From a virus: DNA of 64,000 bases. Every line of letters begins with the position of its first letter. The first letter of the stretch is position 1. The notes beneath the pieces were generated by a model. It was not told the DNA's origin and made no database searches. It saw only the letters and a program-made list of their open reading frames with translations. The stretch lies in the IMG/VR virus record IMGVR_UViG_3300045918_000157, positions 22,400 through 86,399 of that record. One strand, written 5' to 3'. Position numbers and translations under genes: made by a program. Shown here one piece after another: positions 10,601 to 19,270 of the stretch.

Positions 10601-12294
10601 CATACAGCGCTGATCTGGATGTAGGTACGAATGATTTGAGTGTGAGTGTTTGGGTTAACACCACTGGCTATGGCCCTAGCAGTCTTATGCTGTTTCCAGA
10701 GCAGTTTGACAATGCGGTTTGGATTAAATCCAACATTACAGTAACCGCCAATGCGACGGTTGCACCAGACGGTAGCACGACTGCTGACAAACTTTCTGAA
10801 GGTACATCGGCAGCTATTGTGAATAGGGTATTTCAACTTCCTATGTTCGTAGCAGGCTTATATACATTCTCTGTCTATGCCAAACCTGCCGGAAGACAGT
10901 TTTTCGCTATTAATAGTTTTCAATCAGGTGGGACAGGTTTCTCAGCCATATTTGATCTGTCGTCAGGAACTGCTGTATCAGGTGGCGGGACAATCACGGC
11001 TGATTTGAACGGCTTTTATAGGTGTTCAGTCTCCGTGATCAGCCTTGCAGCAGTTCGTGAATTTGAGATTCGCATACTTTTAAACGCCATCACACCGCTG
11101 TATACTGGTGACGGAGTTTCTGGCATATACGTTTGGGGTGCCATGTGTTCACCGGGCCTACTACAGCCTTACAGGCCCGGCTTAACGACGGCCTATAACG
11201 GTACTGTCGCTTTAGTGGATCGCAGCGCAGCTACCGGACCGTCTTTCATGTTGGGTATGGATGGAAATGCCAAATTAGTTGCTACGCTCTATGACGGCAC
11301 AACCACCCGCACGGTCACCACGACAGCAGCCTACAACACCGGCACACCTACCAAGGCACGCTTGAACTACAGCGCTGGCCGACTGGCAATCAGCGTCAAC
11401 GGGCTTGAGGTGGCAAGCACTGTTGGTGCGCCGCTACTGACGCTGAACAACGCCGCTGCCACGCTGACCATCGGCAACAGCCGCACCCTAGACGCACCAT
11501 TCCCCGGCAGCATAGCCCTGCTCAAAGTCGGTGCAACACTACCTACTCCCGAACAGGCGGTGTTCATGTATGAGCAAGAAAAGCAAATGTTCCGTGACGG
11601 TGCGCAGATTACCTTACCTGCGGCCACAGCTGTTGCAGACCTTGCTTACGATGAACAGTTGGACAAGTGGGTAGCAATTCAGGCAGGAAATGAGTCTTCT
11701 TTCACAGGCTTGATACGTACTGCTACGGGAACACCTAGCTCTGGTAACTTCAGCAATGTTAGAGCGCAATCAGGCGTTAAGTTACTATCACGTATTACTG
11801 CTAACCCCGGTGTTGATGTTACGGTCCCGGCCTATGGATTGCGAGATGAACTGGTACGTAGAGCGGAGGCAGCAGCCAAGGCCAGTAAGACGCTTACGGT
11901 GTTTGATTTTGACGCAGTGGGCTTTACGGCCACTACGACGAACCTGAGCAATCAGTTGACAGTAGTGGCCTCTATTATAGGTACGCCTTACATCGGAATG
12001 GGTATTACAGGTGTTGGTATTCCTGTCAACACCATAATTACAAACATCAATGGTGCTATCTATACCATGAGTGCTAATGCAACGGCTACTGCAAATCTGG
12101 TGGCTATTGGTCAGTCAACATTTCAGACGCCTGCAGGATGGACGGCGACAGAGGTGCTATCGGCTGGTGCATCTAAGCGTGAAGGGCCAACCAAGGATTT
12201 TGTTAGAAACTTTGACGGATTTAGGGAAACCATACGCTTTGCAGTAGCTCCCGGCTCTGCTGCATGGGTCCAGATAACCGCCAAAAAGGAATGA
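7684..12294 (+). CDS. Large modular tail fibre/spike with carbohydrate-binding-like and LamG-like domains
   Basis: Ala-rich N-terminal coiled coil, FIYDTSRDSDGGAW motif, duplicated ELV.NG.FD....GW and EQ.DNA.W modules, LamG-like LTIGNS...PFPGSIALL. Confidence 0.8.
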   Translation: MPTAIESLTAQVNVLDTNTTALLAAVSDVKTDIIARVAEVFATNASAGDAARSAAAALISAAFASTDRGLASASAEQALNNASQALAIYGTTNAMNAALITAAAQTQLAQTAAVSASSVLQQDLSAISTALHRSPNPVTALFIYDTSRDSDGGAWVERMQHTSWMNEPLCGAWLTGGFASELLARGDNLLPYAEQIDNAAWIKGVGVSVIGNVRDPIGGLSAQKIDWSSAAVNAGFSNSNGSVVVPTGQPNIRSVWLRSDTPGTLIIGNPYYAAANLTANITTIWQKFELIQTPTATSDSIAVRKDAGSPATIEIYAPKLNRVGALPSTYSASPELVSNGGFDSGTVGWTATNGATLASTVSEITVTAGTAANGSASQAITTVIGQAYSINVTARKGTATDARLWVGTTAGAFNIGSVAAPTTTNTALQFVFVATGTTTYISLTSFGAVIGNTAFFSAVSCKQITTLATPYVPYSTQAGSYYQSSADGKFYKLGATYGTLVEVFRGNKAKFPRLSAIVAEAGSITIYDLTEKGCPMWMRFKTIGTSVQAAIFSGTIGSVAAINGLMCVGASNVSFGLFVQINFAKDTTVSNNGSTTGYNIQVVSLRNSTAGMIATLNYFPAAIASRDVNAVAMTVLPDAPIDIATGLQVPTIAVGTQGGTSIIRHDGTIISSAINPTSVAYTVFSPSGLWVSRNASIGSAYFYSNASISAGVIASPTGFLGGIPIRDGWVFRLAASKSVIGLGSSSPALPELTFVRTGIQSVAARLQATIADRYNTGYMTGDIRRCYLANTIVESISATELVTNGTFDVDTAGWTLINTGSATATVSAGVVTLNPVDIAGIARIRQQVNVTVGKAYNITFVGLSESGSPATVTVGTAAGGAEYFTVPSVSNTSTYSKVIVATSAQLWISYFKAGTVLGIYQVDSVSVKEVIADRSYKAAGANIFGTLVKSAVGVGSQLVAYSGFSPANYARETYSADLDVGTNDLSVSVWVNTTGYGPSSLMLFPEQFDNAVWIKSNITVTANATVAPDGSTTADKLSEGTSAAIVNRVFQLPMFVAGLYTFSVYAKPAGRQFFAINSFQSGGTGFSAIFDLSSGTAVSGGGTITADLNGFYRCSVSVISLAAVREFEIRILLNAITPLYTGDGVSGIYVWGAMCSPGLLQPYRPGLTTAYNGTVALVDRSAATGPSFMLGMDGNAKLVATLYDGTTTRTVTTTAAYNTGTPTKARLNYSAGRLAISVNGLEVASTVGAPLLTLNNAAATLTIGNSRTLDAPFPGSIALLKVGATLPTPEQAVFMYEQEKQMFRDGAQITLPAATAVADLAYDEQLDKWVAIQAGNESSFTGLIRTATGTPSSGNFSNVRAQSGVKLLSRITANPGVDVTVPAYGLRDELVRRAEAAAKASKTLTVFDFDAVGFTATTTNLSNQLTVVASIIGTPYIGMGITGVGIPVNTIITNINGAIYTMSANATATANLVAIGQSTFQTPAGWTATEVLSAGASKREGPTKDFVRNFDGFRETIRFAVAPGSAAWVQITAKKE

Positions 12295-12298
12295 GATT

Positions 12299-12754
12299 AT
12301 GCTGCGATTTGTCAACATGATGGGTAACGATGTGTGGAGCGAAGCAGATTTGAACAACTACGTGAGAGCACTCGTTGGCTCTGGTGTATCGGCTGATAGG
12401 CAACAAGAGCTACGTACAATCATGATTGGACACATATCACGCATGAGGCCAGCAACTGCATCTGAAATGGCAGAAATTGAAGAGGTCAAAGTTCTTACAG
12501 AAAATGCAGGCTTAGCACTTGTACAGGCAAGACTTGACATGATTCTCCTTCAGGAAGTTCTTGATCTTGAACCATCATTGCTCAGGCTAAGACAGCCACT
12601 GGTTATTCTAGACTCTACGACGCCTACAGGAAACAGTGATCTTGTAGAGATAGACTTGGCAGAGAGGGCGGCAGCGCAGTTAGCACTAGATAGCGCTAGT
12701 CCAGAAGCAACAGAGCTATTGAATACTAGAAATCCTACTGAGATGCCCACATGA
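12299..12754 (+). CDS. Tail fibre-associated/chaperone protein
   Basis: Immediately follows the fibre gene; FVNMMGNDVWSEADL N-terminus; helical. Confidence 0.5.
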   Translation: MLRFVNMMGNDVWSEADLNNYVRALVGSGVSADRQQELRTIMIGHISRMRPATASEMAEIEEVKVLTENAGLALVQARLDMILLQEVLDLEPSLLRLRQPLVILDSTTPTGNSDLVEIDLAERAAAQLALDSASPEATELLNTRNPTEMPT

Positions 12755-13233
12755 GAGTTGCTTTATTTATAGGTAATCACGCTGACTCAGCCTTTCTTGT
12801 TAAGCTTAGTGCGATTCTGACAAGGAAGTTCCAGAAGGGGCCTTACTCTAACGTTGTGCATGTAGAAGCTATTCACGAAGAGTTTAGTGATGGCTCTGTG
12901 ACAATTGCTAGTGCATCGTATATGGATAAGGGTGTCCGCTCTAAGATCACTACGCTAAACCCGCTACATTGGATTATGGTTGATGTACCTCAATGGGACG
13001 TAGAGTTATCACAGGATTATCTTTCTATGACAGTTGGGATGCCATACGATAGCCGTGGTGCTCTCGCAACGTGCCTTCCCGGCTCTCCTGACGCTGACAA
13101 GGCATTTTGTAATCAGTGGGTAGGTCATCCATTCCTTAAAGCGTCTGCTACGTTTGGGCCTCATCACTTTGCAGCTATCTGCTTGACAATCGGTAAAGAC
13201 ATCACAAAAGAATTTTTTGCTAGTAGGATATAA
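12751..13233 (+). CDS. Permuted papain-like (NlpC/P60, YiiX-like) hydrolase
   Basis: His (VVHVEAI) precedes G.PYD and Cys (AFCNQWV), the permuted order. Confidence 0.6.
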   Translation: MRVALFIGNHADSAFLVKLSAILTRKFQKGPYSNVVHVEAIHEEFSDGSVTIASASYMDKGVRSKITTLNPLHWIMVDVPQWDVELSQDYLSMTVGMPYDSRGALATCLPGSPDADKAFCNQWVGHPFLKASATFGPHHFAAICLTIGKDITKEFFASRI

Positions 13234-13254
13234 CTAACTGTTATCGGCGTCTAT

Positions 13255-13986
13255 ATGACCTTCCCAAAGTCCTCTGGTAATATGCTGCCAATACCAGACC
13301 CAACACCTCTGACAACGGATATGGTGCTGCGTGAAGTTCATGCGCTGCGCGAAGTGCTGGACATGCGGATAGCCGGTAATGATCGCCTGATAGCGATGTT
13401 GCAGGACTCTCTAGCAGAACGCGCAGTAGTTATACGAACACAAGTGGATCATTTACAGCAACTGCAGGACGAAAAGTTCCGCAGCATTCAGACGCAGTTC
13501 GTAGAGAGGGATACCAGAGCAGAACAGACAGCAAAAGATTCAAAAGTTGCGGTGGATGCGGCTTTGCAAGCTGCTAAAGAGGCTGTGGGCGAGCAAAATA
13601 AATCGAGTTCACTGGCTATTTCAAAAAGTGAAAGCGGAACGACAAAGCAGATTGATCAGATCAGCATAAATATAGCAACTAGCAATAGTAATCTGAATGA
13701 CAAGATTGATGATGTGAAGGGCCAGCAAGTAATTTTGAATGGTCAGCTTCTGCTTATGAGCGGTAAAATAGCAGGTGGTAATGATAACAAGGATGATAAC
13801 AGATCAAATATTGGCATTATAGTAGCAGTGTTAGCGGTAGTGGTAGCTGCTGCAGCTATGATTATAGACTTTAAAGGGGCTTCAGGGCCAGTAGGAACTC
13901 CATCTTTATCTGCATCCCCGCCTATTATCTATGTACAGCCGACACCTCAGACACAGGCACCAGTTGTAATTCAGCCTAATAAATAG
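13255..13986 (+). CDS. Coiled-coil protein with C-terminal transmembrane helix and Pro-rich tail
   Basis: Long heptad pattern; IGIIVAVLAVVVAAAAMII TM segment. Confidence 0.6.
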   Translation: MTFPKSSGNMLPIPDPTPLTTDMVLREVHALREVLDMRIAGNDRLIAMLQDSLAERAVVIRTQVDHLQQLQDEKFRSIQTQFVERDTRAEQTAKDSKVAVDAALQAAKEAVGEQNKSSSLAISKSESGTTKQIDQISINIATSNSNLNDKIDDVKGQQVILNGQLLLMSGKIAGGNDNKDDNRSNIGIIVAVLAVVVAAAAMIIDFKGASGPVGTPSLSASPPIIYVQPTPQTQAPVVIQPNK

Positions 13987-14145
13987 TTTCCCCGTAGACC
14001 ACAAAAGGAGCTTTATGAACGACCCACCTAAAGGATAAAAATGATTTTTTCAGAAACAATATTGGCATTCTTTGCCACAAAAAGTAAAGATGCCACCATC
14101 ACCAAGCGAAATTTTTCGCGTGTTTTCCACTACCTAGGACATATC

Positions 14146-14397
14146 ATGACCGCAATTTCTGATTTTGCCACGAAACAAGCTGAGTACAGCGCACGCATCG
14201 ACGCAGCATTGACAGGCCTATCGGCTGATGTTGACACACTCAGTGCCAAGGTCGCCGAACTGCAAGCAACGTCGGGTGCTATCACCGCAGAAGACCAAGC
14301 CCTGCTTGACCAAATTGATGCGCAAGTGGCTGCACTCGCTACACGCATCGAGGCTGCTGATGCACTGACACCACCGGCTGCGCCAACGAATCCCTAA
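14146..14397 (+). CDS. Small Ala-rich coiled-coil protein (may start at 14041)
   Basis: AGGA before ATG 14146; GC3-rich codons; followed by a terminator. Confidence 0.6.
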   Translation: MTAISDFATKQAEYSARIDAALTGLSADVDTLSAKVAELQATSGAITAEDQALLDQIDAQVAALATRIEAADALTPPAAPTNP

Positions 14398-14415
14398 GCG
14401 CTAACTGTCGGAAAC

Positions 14416-14446
14416 GTGCCTGTAGCTACGGCTATAGGCACTTTAT
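14416..14446 (+). terminator. Rho-independent terminator-like hairpin
   Basis: GTGCCTGTAGC-TACG-GCTATAGGCAC followed by TTTAT. Confidence 0.55.
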
Positions 14447-14466
14447 AGCTTTTGAAGGAGTTTTTG

Positions 14467-15708
14467 ATGCCTAGTCCAACAAAACCAGAAGCGCAAGCAG
14501 CGCTGGCGGTTGCAGTTGAATATGTGGAAAGCATACCAAATGCCCCACCACCTACACCACCGCCTTTATACCAGTCATGGGTGCAAAACAAGCAGTATGC
14601 AGCTGGAACTATTGTGGCTTTCTCTGATGGCAAGCTCTATCGGGCCAAGTATGCAAATCCGGGGTATGACCCAACGGTAAGTACCTACTATTGGGAAGTG
14701 CACTTGCCTATCCCTGTAACCATCCCTACTACGGTCCCTCTTCCGGTGCCTGTTCCTATTCCTGTTCCTGCTGCTAGTGCCCCTACAGCTGCTCAGATGC
14801 CAGTTACAGACAGAAGTTCATACATTACCCTGCTCGGTAACCCCGCTAGCGGCTCTTTTGTTCTGGAAAACCCGTGGGGCGCTAACGGCATTACTAGAGG
14901 CCCTGCTGCAAATCAGTTTGAGTCTTTGATAGGTGTTCTTCCAACGCAGGGGCCAAATGGTGAAGTAGCATTTCGCTTAAAGTGGAGATGGCCTATACCA
15001 GCACCAGTAGGTACAGAGGTAAAAAGCTACTCAAGTATTATTGGTGGTAGACAGCCGGGTTACTATAGCAGTGATGCACTAATCGACGGTATGCAAGTAA
15101 TTACACCTCAAGGTGTTGTTCAAAGCGTCGCACCTACTGGCCATACACCCGGCACATTCATGCCACTGCAGTTACCGCTACCACCTGTCAAATGTAAATT
15201 TGCTGTATCTAACGTTGTGCCACCAACAGGACAGGGACAACTTGTTTTTGACATCTGGTTGCAAAGCACACCGGGGCAGACACGCGGCTTCAGTTCGGCA
15301 CCGTTTACGCATGAAATCATGATCCCATTGCAAAATTGGGGCAACTATGGCGCGCATAACAAGGGCCGTAATCCTACTTGGTATGACCACGACGCCACTA
15401 TAGGTGGTCGGCTATACCATGTTTACTGCACTAAAAAACCAGATGGTGTCTTTGATTACACTTTCGGAGGACAATGGGGTGCATGGGGCACTGGCTGGAA
15501 AATGGTTGCATTTTTGCCAGATAAGCTACCGATCACTGCAGCGGAAATTGACATCGGTGAGCTTATTAACTATATGACAACCAGAAAGGATGCTAAGGGC
15601 ACTCCATGGGCAACTGGTAAAGAGTACTTAGTAGCAGTTGAGTTGGGCGTTGAGCCGATTGACGGCACTGGTGACATAATTGTTTATGACTATAAGGTGA
15701 AACTATGA
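14467..15708 (+). CDS. CBM5/12 + Pro/Thr linker + glycoside hydrolase family 12 (endo-beta-glucanase-like)
   Basis: W...KQYAAGTIVAF.DGKLYRAKY.N.GYDP...YW (CBM5/12); PVPVPIPVP linker; NPWG, VKSYSSI, FDIW, HEIMI (nucleophile Glu) and ELGVEP (acid/base Glu); AAGGAG RBS. Confidence 0.78.
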   Translation: MPSPTKPEAQAALAVAVEYVESIPNAPPPTPPPLYQSWVQNKQYAAGTIVAFSDGKLYRAKYANPGYDPTVSTYYWEVHLPIPVTIPTTVPLPVPVPIPVPAASAPTAAQMPVTDRSSYITLLGNPASGSFVLENPWGANGITRGPAANQFESLIGVLPTQGPNGEVAFRLKWRWPIPAPVGTEVKSYSSIIGGRQPGYYSSDALIDGMQVITPQGVVQSVAPTGHTPGTFMPLQLPLPPVKCKFAVSNVVPPTGQGQLVFDIWLQSTPGQTRGFSSAPFTHEIMIPLQNWGNYGAHNKGRNPTWYDHDATIGGRLYHVYCTKKPDGVFDYTFGGQWGAWGTGWKMVAFLPDKLPITAAEIDIGELINYMTTRKDAKGTPWATGKEYLVAVELGVEPIDGTGDIIVYDYKVKL

Positions 15709-16064
15709 ACAACACAATGACAAACCCAACAATTCTGGCGCTTATCTCCGTTATTAGGGCGATGCTTGTAGCTACAGGTGCAGTACGAGGCTTTATGTCC
15801 GACGATCTTTTAACTGAGTTTATTGGTGGCCTTATGGTGCTAATCCCTGTTCTATGGGCTATTGCTGAGCAGTATTACCTCGACATTAAAGCTAAGCATA
15901 GGGAAGTTATTGCTATTACAGCAGGGATTGTTATAGCAGATAATACAGTAGGGCCAACTCCGACTATCGCACCTATAGATGTACCAGCTACCATTGCAGC
16001 TATCAAGCCTCAAATTGTGGTTACCACACCCACTGCACCTCCTGTAGTGCTAGCTGCAGCGTAA
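15705..16064 (+). CDS. Putative holin
   Basis: Two N-terminal hydrophobic helices (ILALISVIRAMLVATGA; FIGGLMVLIPVLWAIA); upstream of the endolysin. Confidence 0.55.
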   Translation: MNNTMTNPTILALISVIRAMLVATGAVRGFMSDDLLTEFIGGLMVLIPVLWAIAEQYYLDIKAKHREVIAITAGIVIADNTVGPTPTIAPIDVPATIAAIKPQIVVTTPTAPPVVLAAA

Positions 16065-16240
16065 TGCCTGATATATTACTCACGCTACTTGTGTATGCTG
16101 TGATCTTCGGTGCAGTGTTTTTGCTCATTTACAAGCTTGATATACCGGAGCCGTGGAAAGAGATACTCAAGATAGCAGCAGTTGTTATCAGTGTATTGTT
16201 TACATTCAGTATGCTATTCAGTGAATTGTGGAGAGCATAA
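16064..16240 (+). CDS. 58-aa two-TM membrane protein missing from the ORF track (holin/antiholin-like)
   Basis: MPDILLTLLVYAVIFGAVFLLIYKLDIPEPWKEILKIAAVVISVLFTFSMLFSELWRA; TAATG coupling to the upstream gene. Confidence 0.65.
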   Translation: MPDILLTLLVYAVIFGAVFLLIYKLDIPEPWKEILKIAAVVISVLFTFSMLFSELWRA

Positions 16241-16692
16241 GTTTGAAAGCCTCGCAGAACGCAGTAAAACTTGTCAAGTTGTCAGAAGGCTTTAGCGCAG
16301 TACCTTATAGATGTCCAGCCGGTGTACCTACTATTGGTTATGGCTCTACTCGATACCCTGACGGCAGACGAGTGACTATGGAGGATGCACCAATTTCTGA
16401 GGCTACGGCAGCACTGATGGTGCTTGCTACGCTTGGTGAATATGAGAATGCAGTTAATCGCTATGTCACTGTACCACTTAACCAGAATCAATACGACGCA
16501 TTGACCGACTTCGCATACAATGCTGGTGCAACCAACCTGCGTACAAGCACACTACTCAAGAAACTTAACAAAGGCGACTACATCGGTGCAGCACTTGAGT
16601 TCGGCAAGTGGATTTACGGTGGTGGTAAAAGGCTTTCAGGACTTGTTACTCGCCGTGCAGCAGAGAAGAACCTTTTTAACAAGCCTGTATGA
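16228..16692 (+). CDS. Endolysin, GH24 lysozyme
   Basis: SEG....YRCPAGVPTIGYGST catalytic region, LNQNQYDALTDFAYNAG, GLVTRRAAE. Confidence 0.93.
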   Translation: MESISLKASQNAVKLVKLSEGFSAVPYRCPAGVPTIGYGSTRYPDGRRVTMEDAPISEATAALMVLATLGEYENAVNRYVTVPLNQNQYDALTDFAYNAGATNLRTSTLLKKLNKGDYIGAALEFGKWIYGGGKRLSGLVTRRAAEKNLFNKPV

Positions 16693-17204
16693 CGTTGCCC
16701 TATAAATTGCTAGCTTATGGTGTCCTATTAGCGGCACTAATAGCAGGGTACTTTTCTTGGAGTAGTCACGAACAAGGTGTAGGTGCTGATGCAGAACGCG
16801 CTATTTGGGTAGAGAAGCTTGACAAGCAAAAAGCTGAAGCTGCTGCACTCCTGCTTACTGCACAGGACGAAGCTACTACTGCAAGAGGTAAACTTAAAGA
16901 TACGATAGAAGCATTGGGGAAACAACGTGAACAACTTCAAGCTGAAAACACTGCCAGCCTGCGTAACTATGCTACTACTCACCGCTTGCAGTACACCACC
17001 ACGGGAAGTGGGCAAGGTTGTGGTAACGCCAAAGGCAGAGCGGCAGGCTCCACCAGTGACACAAGCACCACCATCGTACAGCTTCCAGAAAAGATTAACG
17101 GAAATCTTTTCCGACTAGCAGGGGATGCAGACAGTCTCAAAATAGACTACGGCATCCTGTACAACTATGTTAACAACCCTAAGCTTGTCTGCGAGCTACG
17201 TTAG
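16689..17204 (+). CDS. i-spanin (Rz-like)
   Basis: N-terminal TM helix plus coiled coil, directly after the endolysin. Confidence 0.8.
   Translation: MTLPYKLLAYGVLLAALIAGYFSWSSHEQGVGADAERAIWVEKLDKQKAEAAALLLTAQDEATTARGKLKDTIEALGKQREQLQAENTASLRNYATTHRLQYTTTGSGQGCGNAKGRAAGSTSDTSTTIVQLPEKINGNLFRLAGDADSLKIDYGILYNYVNNPKLVCELR
16927..17118 (+). CDS. o-spanin (Rz1-like) lipoprotein embedded in Rz
   Basis: Alternate frame inside Rz; lipobox LLLTAC; Pro-rich mature part. Confidence 0.78.
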   Translation: MNNFKLKTLPACVTMLLLTACSTPPREVGKVVVTPKAERQAPPVTQAPPSYSFQKRLTEIFSD

Positions 17205-19270
17205 ATACGTATAATGTTCGCAGCGAACGAATCAGCTAGGTCCGAGTGAGTGACAAGCACTACCTGTTCGTAGCCACAAGAAGCTAGCATACCAAGCATT
17301 GCTGTCTCCCTGACATCATCAGCTGCAGCTGCAGGCTCATCGACCAGCATGGTATTGAGACTCCCTAAGAACGTTTTCTGTAACGTCATCCTAATGGCCA
17401 ACCCAAGCGCATCCTTGGTAGAGCCGCTATAGGCCTTGACAGACTTGCCATCCACCAGAAATGTAGAGTCATCTCGGGTGACTACTGAAGGTGTGCCTCG
17501 CACCATGCTAAAGTAGGTTGACACGGCAGCAAGCACAGTACCCCAAAGTTTCTTGGCCACTACGGGCCTTGCATCTCTGAGTTTCTTGATAAGCCTGTTA
17601 TTGTCGCCATACTCTGCCAGCGTGGCGATCAACTCTGCCCGCTTAGCAAGGCCTGCAGCGTGCCTTTCCAGCGCATAATTGTGTGCCTGCACTGCACTAG
17701 CCAGCGCGGCAATTGCGGCGGCTGTGGTAGCCTTGGCGGTGTGCAGCCGAACGGTTGCAGCCCTCGCTTCAACCAGCGCGGCGGCGGCGGCGGGCGCTGC
17801 CAGCGCATCAGCCGGGTCCGCTTCCAGTGTGGGTAGTTCTGCTATAGTCTGCTTTAAATGCTCTGCTGTCACCAATGCCGTAGTTGTTAGTGAGTCGTGC
17901 AGTGCAACCTTGGCTTGATGCTTGCGTAGCGCGTCAATTCGCTTAACGTAGTCATTAGTGTCAAGCTCTTGTACGGCTGTTGGACCTTTCCACGTAACCT
18001 TTGACGGTATGTAAGCGTTGTCAACATCTACATAGGTAACAAGTTGCGCTATCTTCAGCGCTAGTGCGTGGTCAGCAGCATACAGAGTCTTCAGGTGGCC
18101 GTAATCTCTGTCAAGGATAACTCGTTGCGCCTTGAAGTCTGCTATTTTTTCGCTGAGAGCTAAAGCCTCTGCCTGTGCTGCGGCATTCACAGCCGCTACT
18201 TCAGGGACATCTGTAAGGTCTTTACCACACAAGCCGCACGCTGACTGCGTGATGACCTTGGCTAAAGCAGTTGCGCGTGCAAGTTCTGCATTACGCACAT
18301 CAGCCATGCAAGCAGTGATGCTTGACTCAATAGAGAGTACATCGGCCTCTACCGCAGGCCTGTCAAGGTACGACTCTACGATTGGAAGCTCTGCGAACAT
18401 CTTCCACTTGGTTGCAACGACTACCTGAGAGTTCTGCTTAACTAAAGCTGCCGTCAGTGCCTCCATAGTCGATGTTTCATCAGTTACTGGTGCCTGTACT
18501 ACCGCACTTTCCTGTGCGGCTGTCAACTGATTACTCAGCATCTTCCTGCGTATAGTAATTTCCTTTGCGCTATTAATCCTCAAGGTAGCTCGTTCAGCTT
18601 CTACTTTGGCACGCTCATACGCAACATTTGCAGCATCAGCCGCATCAAAAGCCGCAAACTCAACCTGTTTAGCAGCTGTTACGACCGACTCTAGCGCACC
18701 AAAGTCGCCAACAGGGACATCAACAATCGGCAGAGCCTCCAGCTGCGACTCAAAAATCTTGGTGTTGCCGCTAGGTAGCCGTGTTTGAACTCGATCTACA
18801 AGTTCGTCAATCAAGCCCATATTCGACAGTCTCTCAATCAACGAGACTGCACTACCGTCCAGAGATTCTTTTAGCTGGCCCTGTCCTGCAATCATGGTGG
18901 CTACAGCCGTTGCCATATTGCAGTTAAATAGAGCTTCCATGTAACTTGTGACCTCTGAGTGGCCTGATACACGTAAGCTATCAGGTCCAAGCAACTCAGC
19001 ACCACTCTTTTTACGGGTGATGATATAATCGTTGCCGTTGTGCGTGAAGCTGTGCTCTACTTTGAGCGTGTTTACCGACTCACCCCACGTTACTGTGTCT
19101 TCCAAAGAAAGCGGCAAGGCCCGTGCACCGTAGTAGGCGTAAGCAATGGCACTAAATGTGGCACTCTTTCCAGCCTCGTTAGCGCCTCTTAGTACGTTAA
19201 GTCCGCTAGTGAAGTTAACCTCAAGTGCACGATGTTGTTGGAAATTTGTCAGTTTGAGCGAATTAAGCAT
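17201..19270 (-). CDS. SbcC/Rad50-like (gp46-like) recombination ATPase
   Basis: Walker A GANEAGKS, Q-loop AGQG, zinc hook CGLCG, signature YSGS, Walker B MLVDEP, H-loop VTH. Confidence 0.92.
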   Translation of the reverse strand: MLNSLKLTNFQQHRALEVNFTSGLNVLRGANEAGKSATFSAIAYAYYGARALPLSLEDTVTWGESVNTLKVEHSFTHNGNDYIITRKKSGAELLGPDSLRVSGHSEVTSYMEALFNCNMATAVATMIAGQGQLKESLDGSAVSLIERLSNMGLIDELVDRVQTRLPSGNTKIFESQLEALPIVDVPVGDFGALESVVTAAKQVEFAAFDAADAANVAYERAKVEAERATLRINSAKEITIRRKMLSNQLTAAQESAVVQAPVTDETSTMEALTAALVKQNSQVVVATKWKMFAELPIVESYLDRPAVEADVLSIESSITACMADVRNAELARATALAKVITQSACGLCGKDLTDVPEVAAVNAAAQAEALALSEKIADFKAQRVILDRDYGHLKTLYAADHALALKIAQLVTYVDVDNAYIPSKVTWKGPTAVQELDTNDYVKRIDALRKHQAKVALHDSLTTTALVTAEHLKQTIAELPTLEADPADALAAPAAAAALVEARAATVRLHTAKATTAAAIAALASAVQAHNYALERHAAGLAKRAELIATLAEYGDNNRLIKKLRDARPVVAKKLWGTVLAAVSTYFSMVRGTPSVVTRDDSTFLVDGKSVKAYSGSTKDALGLAIRMTLQKTFLGSLNTMLVDEPAAAADDVRETAMLGMLASCGYEQVVLVTHSDLADSFAANIIRI

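Noticed and set aside
1-12294. Diversity-generating retroelement or Gin-type invertible tail-fibre cassette
   Set aside because: No reverse transcriptase, no adenine-variant repeat pair noticed, all fibre genes co-oriented, and the recombinase is ~30 kb away
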